DNA from: an uncultured virus (IMG/VR IMGVR_UViG_3300007625_000001)
Taxonomy: Duplodnaviria; Heunggongvirae; Uroviricota; Caudoviricetes
Length of the DNA: 20,000 nt
Reading direction: 5' to 3' (one strand)
Virus record (IMG/VR): IMGVR_UViG_3300007625_000001
Part shown: piece by piece, positions 1 to 8,313 of the stretch
Layout of the letters: the number at the start of each line of letters is the position of its first letter
How positions within the stretch are numbered: the first letter of the stretch is position 1
Translations under genes and position numbers: made by a program
Notes under the pieces: model-generated
Told to the model about the DNA's origin: nothing
What the model saw: the letters and a program-made list of their open reading frames with translations, nothing else
Database searches by the model: none

Positions 1-1641
1 TCTCTTGGTGGTGTATCTTCTGTAGATAAGTTTACATACATTCAAGCAGAAACTTCTGCCAATGCTTCTAATGGTGATCTAGATTTCTTTGCTGAAGATG
101 CAGCTGGCACTGCTGCCACTCAAGTTGGTCAGTGGAATAGAACTAACCTTAAAGATTATACTGGTACTTTAGTTGGAACACAAACTACTCAGAATGTCTT
201 TAACGCTACTGCAACAACTGTTAATGCTTTTGGCGCAGCGACTACACTTTCTCTTGGTGCTGCAAGTGGTACAGCGACTGTTAATAACTCAACAGTAACA
301 TTAGCCAATGCTACTGCTCTTAACATTAATGGTGCGTCTCCAGCAATTGCTACAACTAGTACTACTGCTTCCCTATTCAACTCAACAGTTACTACATTAA
401 ATATCGGTGGTGCAGCAACTACTATTTCTATAGGTGCTGCAACTGGCACACTAACAATCAATAATGCAAATACAGTTATTACTGGTAACTTAACTGTAAA
501 CGGCACAACTACAACAATTAACTCAACAGTAACTTCTGTTGATGATATTGAATTTGAATTAGGTTCTGTTGCATCTCCAACTAATGTTACTGCCAATGGC
601 GGTGGTATTCGTCTTAAAGGTACTACCGATAAGACTATTACTTGGGATAGCACTAATGCTAACTGGACTTCTAGTGAAAACTGGAATCTTGCTACTGGTA
701 AGACATTTAAGATCAACAACGTATCAGTTCTAACTGCTAATGCTGTTCTTAATGATTCTACTCAAACATCTATTACTGTTGGTGGTTCTGCCACTGCGAT
801 TACTCTAGGTGCTAATAGTGGAACATTAACTATTGGTAACCCAACTGTTGTTGGAACACAAACAACACAAAACTTATTTAATACAGTAGCAACTACTTTA
901 AATATTGGTGGTGCATCGACTGCACTAAACTTAGGTGCATCTACAGGTACAGCGACTATCGCTAACCAAACTGTTACATTAAGTAATGCCACTGCATTGA
1001 ATTTGAATGGCGCTTCTCCTGTAATTGCTACAACTAGTACTACTGCTTCAGTTTTTAACTCATCAGTTACTACTCTCCATATTGGTAGTGCAGCAACTAC
1101 ACTAGCGATTGGTAATGCCACTTCTGCTACCTTGACTCTTCGTCCAGGAACTGTTGTTGGATCTAATACCACTCAGAACTTATATAATACAGTTGCCACT
1201 ACTTTAAACTTAGGTGGGGCAGCAACTGCACTAAACTTAGGTGCATCTACTGGTACTACAACAGTTAACAATGATTTAACAGTTGCCTCTGGTAAAAAGA
1301 TAGTAATGACTAACATCTACGATATCGTAGCATTTAGTGGTTCAACTTCTGGAACTGGTGCCACAGCAATAACTACTTTATCTTCTTCTGTGTATCGTTC
1401 TGGTAAAGTTGTACTGTCAATCACTAATGGTTCTGTTTATAGAATTATGGAAATGTTGTTTATGCATGATGGTACTACTGTAACATTTAACGAAAACTAC
1501 ACAGTTGCCAATGAAATGCAAAGTGCAACTACTAATACTACATTTAGTGGATCTATCTCTGCTGGAACTTTAACGATCTTTGCTACTTGTTCTTCTGGAA
1601 CTTCTGCAATAAAAGGTCAAGCAACTTTATTCAAGGTATAA
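1..1641 (+). CDS. Fibre-like/virion structural protein with internal repeats (5'-truncated; frame open from base 1, >546 aa)
   Basis: Frame +1 has no stop from 1 to TAA at 1639-1641 (SLGGVSSVDKFTYIQAETS...QATLFKV), so the ORF-track start at 997 is internal. It is Thr/Ala/Gly/Asn-rich, contains the phage fibre-type module GNLTVNGTTTTINS...DDIEFELGSVASPT...GGGIRLKGTTDKTITW, ends in a YRSGK...E...HDG...ENY domain typical of T4-like structural proteins, and lies directly upstream of gp13. Confidence 0.75.
   Translation, partial: SLGGVSSVDKFTYIQAETSANASNGDLDFFAEDAAGTAATQVGQWNRTNLKDYTGTLVGTQTTQNVFNATATTVNAFGAATTLSLGAASGTATVNNSTVTLANATALNINGASPAIATTSTTASLFNSTVTTLNIGGAATTISIGAATGTLTINNANTVITGNLTVNGTTTTINSTVTSVDDIEFELGSVASPTNVTANGGGIRLKGTTDKTITWDSTNANWTSSENWNLATGKTFKINNVSVLTANAVLNDSTQTSITVGGSATAITLGANSGTLTIGNPTVVGTQTTQNLFNTVATTLNIGGASTALNLGASTGTATIANQTVTLSNATALNLNGASPVIATTSTTASVFNSSVTTLHIGSAATTLAIGNATSATLTLRPGTVVGSNTTQNLYNTVATTLNLGGAATALNLGASTGTTTVNNDLTVASGKKIVMTNIYDIVAFSGSTSGTGATAITTLSSSVYRSGKVVLSITNGSVYRIMEMLFMHDGTTVTFNENYTVANEMQSATTNTTFSGSISAGTLTIFATCSSGTSAIKGQATLFKV
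172..1272 (+). repeat. Intragenic duplication in the fibre-like gene (copies start at 172, 850 and, partially, 1156)
   Basis: VGTQTTQN(V/L)FN..ATT...LNxNGASPxIATTSTTASxFNSxVTTLxIGxAATT recurs with a 678-nt offset. Exact DNA repeats: 27 bp at 345-371 and 1023-1049, and 26 bp at 919-944 and 1225-1250. Confidence 0.9.
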
Positions 1642-1644
1642 TAT

Positions 1645-2604
1645 ATGGCAATCCCAACAACTAGAGAAGGTTTAAAACAATACTGTCTCCGTGACTTGGG
1701 TGCACCTGTACTCGAAATTAACGTAGATGATGATCAACTAGAAGATCGTATTGATGAATCGTTAGATTATTGGAGACAATATCACTATGATGGTATTGAA
1801 GAAATTTATTTAAAACAACTTATACGTGCTTCTGAGATCACTCTAACAGCTAGCGTGGCTGGTACATTTGATACTGGTGAAATAATTACAGGTGTTTCTT
1901 CTGGAGCAAAAGCAACAGTTTGTGTAGAATCTCAAAGAAAATCTAATGGAACATTACTATTAGTTAAAAAGGTCACTGGAACATTTACTGCAGGTGAAGC
2001 AATTACTGGTTCTGCTGGACATAATGCTACTCTTAGTTCTATCACTCTAAGAGAGTACGATAACAAATACATAATTGTCCCAGATTATGTTTGGGGTATA
2101 ACAGGTATTCTTAACATTGGGCAAGCATCTTCTTCTAAGAATATGTTCGACTTGCAATACCAGTTGCGTTTAAATGACTTGTATGATTTAACTTCTACAT
2201 CAATCATTTATTATACAACTGTGATGCAGCATTTAGACTTACTTGATTGGACTCTAAATGGTAAAGCAGATTTTAGATTCAATAGACTCCAAGATCGCAT
2301 GTACTTAGACATTAACTGGGACTCAGATTTATTTCTTGGTGATTACATAATCATTAAAGGATATCGTGCAATGGATCCTACCACTTGGTCTAAAGTTTGG
2401 AACGAGACTTGGCTAAAGAAATATACATCTGCATTGTTTAAGAAACAATGGGGAACAAACCTTAAGAAATTCAAAGGTATTCAACTTCCAGGTGGAGTTG
2501 TTTTAGATGGCGATACACTATACCAAGAAGCAATTGCAGAAATACAGATGTTAGAACAAGATTTAATTACCAAGTCTGCGCCACTAAACTTCATAATGGG
2601 CTAA
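1645..2604 (+). CDS. gp13: Neck protein gp13
   Basis: N-terminal REGLKQYCLRDLGAPVLEINVDDDQLEDRID and C-terminal WLKKYTSALFKKQWGTNLKKFKGIQLPGGV are characteristic of T4-like gp13. Synteny agrees. Confidence 0.95.
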   Translation: MAIPTTREGLKQYCLRDLGAPVLEINVDDDQLEDRIDESLDYWRQYHYDGIEEIYLKQLIRASEITLTASVAGTFDTGEIITGVSSGAKATVCVESQRKSNGTLLLVKKVTGTFTAGEAITGSAGHNATLSSITLREYDNKYIIVPDYVWGITGILNIGQASSSKNMFDLQYQLRLNDLYDLTSTSIIYYTTVMQHLDLLDWTLNGKADFRFNRLQDRMYLDINWDSDLFLGDYIIIKGYRAMDPTTWSKVWNETWLKKYTSALFKKQWGTNLKKFKGIQLPGGVVLDGDTLYQEAIAEIQMLEQDLITKSAPLNFIMG

Positions 2605-2605
2605 A

Positions 2606-3535
2606 ATGTCAACAACAAATGTTTATTTCTCTCAGGGAACTAAAAACGAACAGTTCCTAATTGAGGATTTGATCATAGAATCGTTACGTATTTACGGTAA
2701 CGAAGTTATGTACATCCCTAGAACTTTGGTTTCTAAGGATAATATTCTTGGTGAAGATCGTCTCTCTCAATTTAAGTCTGCATTTCCTATTGAAATGTAC
2801 TTCGAGAACGTAGACTCGTTTGCAGGACAAGGTGCTTTTATTCAGAAGTTTGGTTTAATGATTGAACAATCTGCCACTCTGGTATGCGCACGTAGAAGAT
2901 GGGAACAGTTTGTTGGGCGCTATGGAGTAACTACAATTCCAAGTCGCCCAAACGAAGGTGATTTGATTTACTTCCCACTATCAAAGGGGTTGTTTGAAAT
3001 CAAATTTGTTCAACATCAAGATCCATTTTATCAACTTGGTAAACTTTATGTTTACAAACTGCAAATTGAATTGTTTCAATATGCTTCTGAGTTTATCGAT
3101 ACTGGTATACCTGCTGTAGATGCATTCGAATCTCTAAAATCATTCACAACTAATACTACCAGAAGTTCTCGTGGTGAGGTTGTTAGTATCACTATGACCA
3201 ATCTTGGATCTGGATATACTTCTGTTCCGACAGTTTCATTTGTTAGTGGAAGTGGTTCTGGTGCTACTGCTACAGCAATTAGGGGAACCTCTGGAGCAAA
3301 CCTTAATAAAATTACAGGTGTGACTATTACAAATGGTGGTACTGGTTATCAAAGTGCTCCAGTCGTACAATTTACTGGAGGTGGTGGAATTGGTGCTCAA
3401 GCAACTGCTACTATCGAGACTAATATAGACAAAGCAGCAGACTCTTTCGCTGACAATAATTCATTCAAGAAAGAATCTGTTAATGTTATTAATTTTGATG
3501 AATCAAATCCATTCGGTGAAATAAACAATGCTTAA
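2606..3535 (+). CDS. gp14: Neck protein gp14
   Basis: EQFLIEDLIIESLRIYG, PNEGDLIYFP, FEIKFVQHQDPFYQLGK and C-terminal NFDESNPFG. Follows gp13. Confidence 0.95.
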   Translation: MSTTNVYFSQGTKNEQFLIEDLIIESLRIYGNEVMYIPRTLVSKDNILGEDRLSQFKSAFPIEMYFENVDSFAGQGAFIQKFGLMIEQSATLVCARRRWEQFVGRYGVTTIPSRPNEGDLIYFPLSKGLFEIKFVQHQDPFYQLGKLYVYKLQIELFQYASEFIDTGIPAVDAFESLKSFTTNTTRSSRGEVVSITMTNLGSGYTSVPTVSFVSGSGSGATATAIRGTSGANLNKITGVTITNGGTGYQSAPVVQFTGGGGIGAQATATIETNIDKAADSFADNNSFKKESVNVINFDESNPFGEINNA

Positions 3536-4271
3536 CGATAACGTATACTATCATGGAATAATTCGAAAAAGCATTGTTGCTTTTGGTCGTTTATTCAGCG
3601 ACATCTATATTGATCGCAAACAAGGTGACTCTGTTACTGGAACTACACTACAGCGTTTGCAGATTCCTCTTGCCTATGCACCAAAAGAAAAATGGTTAGT
3701 TAGAATTGATGGAGATCCAACTTTAGAAAATAACGTAAACACTGTTCTCCCAAGAATGTCTTTTGAGATCACTGGTTACAATTATGATGCTGCTCGTAAG
3801 ACTAATCGTATGCAGCAGATTAAATCTGGTAATAGTCTTAACAAATCAGTTATGTACACACCAGTCCCATACAACTTAGATATTTCTTTGTATGTGTTAA
3901 CTAAAACACAAGAAGATGGTCTTCAAATTATCGAACAGATTCTCCCAACATTCACACCAGAGTATACATTAAGTGTTAATGCTGTGCCAGATATGGGTGT
4001 TGTTATTGATGTTCCCATTGTATTAAATTCTATTCAAGTACAAGATGAATACGATGGCGATTTTCAAACTAGAAGATCAGTGGTTCATACATTAAATTTC
4101 CAAATGAAATTAAACCTATTTGGACCAATGTCAAATCAAGCAGTTATTGGTACTGTGTATGCCAATGTTGGTCAAAATGAAAACTTCGCAAATGCAAATA
4201 GAGTTTATACTGCAGAAGGTGATGTTACCACAGCTACTGTAACAACAGAAGACTGGACTTCGAATTTCTAA
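3528..4271 (+). CDS. gp15: Tail sheath stabiliser/tail terminator gp15
   Basis: IRKSIVAFGRLF, IPLAYAPKEK, LPRMSFE, PVPYNL and QIIEQILPTF motifs. Overlaps gp14 by 8 nt. Confidence 0.95.
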   Translation: MLNDNVYYHGIIRKSIVAFGRLFSDIYIDRKQGDSVTGTTLQRLQIPLAYAPKEKWLVRIDGDPTLENNVNTVLPRMSFEITGYNYDAARKTNRMQQIKSGNSLNKSVMYTPVPYNLDISLYVLTKTQEDGLQIIEQILPTFTPEYTLSVNAVPDMGVVIDVPIVLNSIQVQDEYDGDFQTRRSVVHTLNFQMKLNLFGPMSNQAVIGTVYANVGQNENFANANRVYTAEGDVTTATVTTEDWTSNF

Positions 4272-4273
4272 AC

Positions 4274-5851
4274 ATGGCTGAAATTTATAATTCGAATTCG
4301 AACTTAAAAGCTGCTGGTGTAACTGTACAATTTACTCCAGAAAATATTCAAGAGTACATTAAGTGTTCTCAAGATTACGTTTACTTTATTGAAAACTATT
4401 GCTATATCGTTACACTTGACCATGGTCTTCAGTTGTTTAAACTGTATGATTGTCAGAAAAATAAACTACATATAATCCATCAGAATCGTCGTGTGATTTT
4501 AATGGAAGGTCGTCAGCAGGGTAAGACAACTACATCAGCTGCATACATTTTATGGTATACCTTATTCCAAGCAAACAAAACTGTAGCGATTTTGGCTAAC
4601 AAAGCTACATCTGCTCGTGAAGTTTTAAATCGTTATCAAACTATGTATGAATTGCTTCCTCAATGGATGCAACAAGGTGTCACTACTTGGAATAAAGGTG
4701 ATATTGAACTAGAGAATGGATCTAAAGTATTCACTTCAGCAACTTCTGCTTCTGGTATTCGTGGTAAATCTGTTAACTTACTTTATGTTGACGAAGCTGC
4801 GATTATCCCAAATCAAGTTGCCGAGGAATTCTTTACATCTGTTTATCCAACGATTTCTGCTGGACAGACTACTAAGATTCTTTTATCTTCTACACCACTC
4901 GGCTATAACCATTTCTGGAAGTTTTGGAATGATGCTGAAAATGGTCGCAATGGGTTTACACCATTATTCATTCCTTATTGGGAAATTCCAGGTCGTGATG
5001 ATAAGTGGGCAGCTGAACAGAAAGCCATGCTTGGTGAACTTAAATATAACCAAGAGGTTGCTTGTAAATTCCTTGGTTCTAGTTTAACTTTAATCTCTGC
5101 AGATGTTATCGCCAAGATGCCAGTCGATCCTATCATCTATACAAAAGATGGATTGGATGTTTATGTTAAGCCACAGGCTGGACATACTTATTGTATGGTC
5201 TGTGACGTAGCAAAAGGTGTTGGTGGTGACTATTCAGCATTCCAATTAATAGATATAACAGAAGTTCCATATAGAACAGTCGCAAAATACAGAAAGAATG
5301 ATATTAGTCCTCTCTTATATCCCAATGTGATATACAAAGTGGGTAAAGAATACAACGAAGCATACGTATTAATAGAAATTAACTCGAGTGAACAGGTCGC
5401 CCATATCTTATACTCAGAATTAGAATATGAAAATCTTCTATTCGTTAATCGCCATAATATGGGTCAGTATATCGGTGGAGGATTTGGTGGAGGTAAAACT
5501 CAACTAGGTGTCAATACTGATAAAAAGATCAAAAGAATTGGATGTCACAACTTCAAATCATTGATCGAAGAAAACAAGTTACTTGTAACCGATGCAGATA
5601 CGATTTCTGAAATTTCAACATTTATAGAAATTAAAGGATCATATGCTGCTGATGAAGGATATCACGATGATTTGGTAATGCCTTTGGTGCTCTTTGGATG
5701 GGTCACAACTCAGCCGTATTTCAAAGACCTAAATAATGTTAACCTTAGAGAAATTATGTACAAAAAGCAAATACAAGCTATTGAAGAGGAATTGACACCA
5801 TTCGGATTCTATGACGATGGAAGTCCTGAAAAGGCTCCACTGAATTTTTGA
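4274..5851 (+). CDS. gp17: Terminase large subunit gp17
   Basis: Walker A RQQGKTT, AILANK, Walker B LLYVDEAA, STPLGYNHF, nuclease residues DVAKGVGGDYS and HDDLVM. Confidence 0.97.
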   Translation: MAEIYNSNSNLKAAGVTVQFTPENIQEYIKCSQDYVYFIENYCYIVTLDHGLQLFKLYDCQKNKLHIIHQNRRVILMEGRQQGKTTTSAAYILWYTLFQANKTVAILANKATSAREVLNRYQTMYELLPQWMQQGVTTWNKGDIELENGSKVFTSATSASGIRGKSVNLLYVDEAAIIPNQVAEEFFTSVYPTISAGQTTKILLSSTPLGYNHFWKFWNDAENGRNGFTPLFIPYWEIPGRDDKWAAEQKAMLGELKYNQEVACKFLGSSLTLISADVIAKMPVDPIIYTKDGLDVYVKPQAGHTYCMVCDVAKGVGGDYSAFQLIDITEVPYRTVAKYRKNDISPLLYPNVIYKVGKEYNEAYVLIEINSSEQVAHILYSELEYENLLFVNRHNMGQYIGGGFGGGKTQLGVNTDKKIKRIGCHNFKSLIEENKLLVTDADTISEISTFIEIKGSYAADEGYHDDLVMPLVLFGWVTTQPYFKDLNNVNLREIMYKKQIQAIEEELTPFGFYDDGSPEKAPLNF

Positions 5852-5868
5852 ATTGAAAACTTGTAAAA

Positions 5869-5876
5869 ACTAAATA
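5869..5876 (+). promoter_or_regulatory. gp55-dependent late promoter (ACTAAATA) for gp18
   Basis: TAAATA core of the T4 late promoter in the gp17-gp18 intergenic gap, followed by an AAGGAG RBS before the ATG at 5934. Confidence 0.7.
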
Positions 5877-5933
5877 AAATGTAGACAAGAAATTTCTGTC
5901 TAAAGTAAAAACTTATTAACAAGGAGAATTACA

Positions 5934-8276
5934 ATGCCTTTCCAATTATCTCCAGGCGTTGCAGTCGTAGAAAAAGATTACACATCGATCGTTCCAGCTG
6001 TATCTAGCTCTCGTGGAGCGTTTGCTGGTGCTTTCCAATGGGGTCCAGTTTTGGCTCCTACTCAGGTTAGTTCCGAGAACGAATTAGTTCGTTACTTCGG
6101 TAAACCAACTGATGCGAATGCGCAAGCCTTTTTTACTGCAGCGAACTTCCTGTCATACACAAATGCTCTCTTAATTTCTCGTGCAGACGTAACTGCAGCT
6201 AGAAATGCAGTTGCTACTCAAACTGGTACAGTTACATCAGTCACTATGGTGACTGGTGGTACTGGTTACGATGCAACTCTTTTACCTGCTGTTACATTTA
6301 GCGCACCTCAAATTACAGGTGGTGCAGCTGCAACTGGTACTGCAATTTCTTCTGGTGCTTCTGTTACTGGTGTCACTCTTTCAAATGGTGGTACAGGTTA
6401 TAGTGCAGCAACCCTAACATTTAGCGCACCACAAGTTGCGGGTGGTGTTACTGCTACAGGTACTGCTACTATCGTTGGTGGTTCAATTACTGGTATTATT
6501 GTTACTAATGGTGGATCTGGTTACACAACTGCCCCAACTATTAACATTACTGCTAATGGTACTAATGCAGCGATCGGTACAGTTTCTCTAGGAACTGCCA
6601 CTATTACTGGTATCACAGTAACTTCTGCTGGATCTGGTTATACCGCTGCTCCAAATATATCAGTCGCTTTTGCTGGTTCTGATCAGGGAACTGCATGGTC
6701 AGCTACTACAGCATTGGCTCAAAATGTTTACGTTTCTTTTGCTGGTAGATTATATACAGTTACAGTAGCTGGAACAACAGGTTCTACTGGTCCATCTCAT
6801 ACAACTGGTAGTGTGGCTAACGGCTCTGCTACGTTATTGTTTGTTAGTACTGCTGCTGCCGCAACTGCAGCTATTACTGTCGGTGGTTTAAAGATCAATA
6901 ACAATAATGATTACTTGGCTGCTTATGGTAGTGGACAAGCTGTTGTTGGTGAATTTGCTGCACGTTGCCCTGGAACTTTAGGAAACTCACTATTAGTTTC
7001 TCTGGCTGACTCTGCATCTTTTGCTGGTTGGACATACAAAGATAACTTTGATGGTGCTCCTTCTACTTCAACATATGCAGCAAACAATAATGCTTCTTTA
7101 GATGAAGTTCATATTGTTGTTATTGATCAACTTGGTTACTTCACTGGAGTTCCAGGTTATGTATTAGAAAAATTTGCGTTTGCTTCTAAAGCATCTGATG
7201 CGAAAAAGTCTGATGGTACTAATAACTACTACAAAAATGTAATCAATACAAACTCAGAATATATCTACTGGATGGATCATACAGCATCAGGTACAGATTG
7301 GGGAAGTACTGCAGTTGTTGGAGGTGCTTTTGTTACTGTTGGTACAGCTATCACTCGTCAATTGTCTGGTGGTATTGATGGATTGACTGCTACTGCTGGT
7401 CAACTACAAACTGCTTATGCATTGTTTGCCGATGATGCTGCTTATGATATCTCATTAGTTATGATGGGTAAAGCAGATGCAGCTACAACTGCTGCTGTTA
7501 TTGGATCGGTTGCAGAAACTCGTCTTGATTGCGTAGTGTTTGCATCTCCACAGAACACTTCTACTGGTGATCCAATTATTGGTTCTGGTTCTGGTTCTAC
7601 AAATGCCATCATTGCTTACCGTAATGCACTTCCAAGTACTTCTTATGCAGTACTAGATTCTGGTTGCAAATATCAGTATGATCGCTACAATGACGTATAT
7701 CGTTGGGTTCCATTGAATGGTGACATTGCTGGTCTATGTGCTCGCACTGATTACCAACAAGATCCATGGTTCTCTCCAGGTGGTCTAAATCGTGGTCAGA
7801 TTAAGAGTGTTGTTAAATTAGCACACAATCCTACTAAAGCAGATCGTGATCTACTGTACAAAGCTGGTGTAAACCCAGTTGTTACTTTCCCAGGAGAAGG
7901 TACAGTTCTATTCGGTGACAAGACTCTCTTGGCTAAACCAAGTGCGTTCGATCGTATTAACGTGCGTCGTTTGTTTATCGTTATGGAAAAGGCGATTGCT
8001 ACAGCTGCTAAATTCCAGTTGTTTGAATTCAATGATCCTTTCACTCGTGCTCAGTTTAAGAACTTGATCGAGCCATTCCTGCGTGATGTCCAAGGTCGTC
8101 GTGGTATTACAGACTTTAGAGTTAAGTGTGATGATTCGAACAACACAGGACAAGTTATTGACGCAAATGAATTTGTTGCTGATATTTTCGTTAAGCCAAA
8201 TCGTTCTATCAACTACATTACTTTGAACTTTGTTGCTGCTCGCTCTGGAATTAACTTCAGCGAAGTCGGTGCGTAA
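5934..8276 (+). CDS. gp18: Tail sheath protein gp18 with inserted repeat domains
   Basis: LSPGVAVVEKD, FQWGP, AANFLSY, YQYDRYND, PWFSPGGLNRG, GDKT, SAFDRINVRRLF and KPNRSINYITLNF. Strong AAGGAG RBS. Confidence 0.97.
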   Translation: MPFQLSPGVAVVEKDYTSIVPAVSSSRGAFAGAFQWGPVLAPTQVSSENELVRYFGKPTDANAQAFFTAANFLSYTNALLISRADVTAARNAVATQTGTVTSVTMVTGGTGYDATLLPAVTFSAPQITGGAAATGTAISSGASVTGVTLSNGGTGYSAATLTFSAPQVAGGVTATGTATIVGGSITGIIVTNGGSGYTTAPTINITANGTNAAIGTVSLGTATITGITVTSAGSGYTAAPNISVAFAGSDQGTAWSATTALAQNVYVSFAGRLYTVTVAGTTGSTGPSHTTGSVANGSATLLFVSTAAAATAAITVGGLKINNNNDYLAAYGSGQAVVGEFAARCPGTLGNSLLVSLADSASFAGWTYKDNFDGAPSTSTYAANNNASLDEVHIVVIDQLGYFTGVPGYVLEKFAFASKASDAKKSDGTNNYYKNVINTNSEYIYWMDHTASGTDWGSTAVVGGAFVTVGTAITRQLSGGIDGLTATAGQLQTAYALFADDAAYDISLVMMGKADAATTAAVIGSVAETRLDCVVFASPQNTSTGDPIIGSGSGSTNAIIAYRNALPSTSYAVLDSGCKYQYDRYNDVYRWVPLNGDIAGLCARTDYQQDPWFSPGGLNRGQIKSVVKLAHNPTKADRDLLYKAGVNPVVTFPGEGTVLFGDKTLLAKPSAFDRINVRRLFIVMEKAIATAAKFQLFEFNDPFTRAQFKNLIEPFLRDVQGRRGITDFRVKCDDSNNTGQVIDANEFVADIFVKPNRSINYITLNFVAARSGINFSEVGA

Positions 8277-8281
8277 TTCAG

Positions 8282-8289
8282 AATAAATA
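8282..8289 (+). promoter_or_regulatory. Late promoter (AATAAATA) for gp19
   Basis: TAAATA in the gp18-gp19 gap. The downstream RBS context AAGGAGAATTA is nearly identical to that of gp18. Confidence 0.65.
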
Positions 8290-8313
8290 AAGAAAAGAAC
8301 AAAGGAGAATTAA

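Noticed and set aside
189..1172. Minus-strand ORFs 189..719 and 762..1172
   Set aside because: Antisense shadows of the Thr/Ala-rich plus-strand fibre gene, with Val/Ala-rich translations, no RBS and no recognisable motif.
172..1272. Fibre repeats as a diversity-generating retroelement TR/VR pair or a CRISPR array
   Set aside because: Differences between copies are not adenine-specific, all copies are in-frame coding, no reverse transcriptase is present, and there is no repeat-spacer periodicity.
997..1641. ORF-track start at 997 as an independent 214-aa gene
   Set aside because: The frame is open from base 1, and 997 is a TTG in the middle of a repeat unit.
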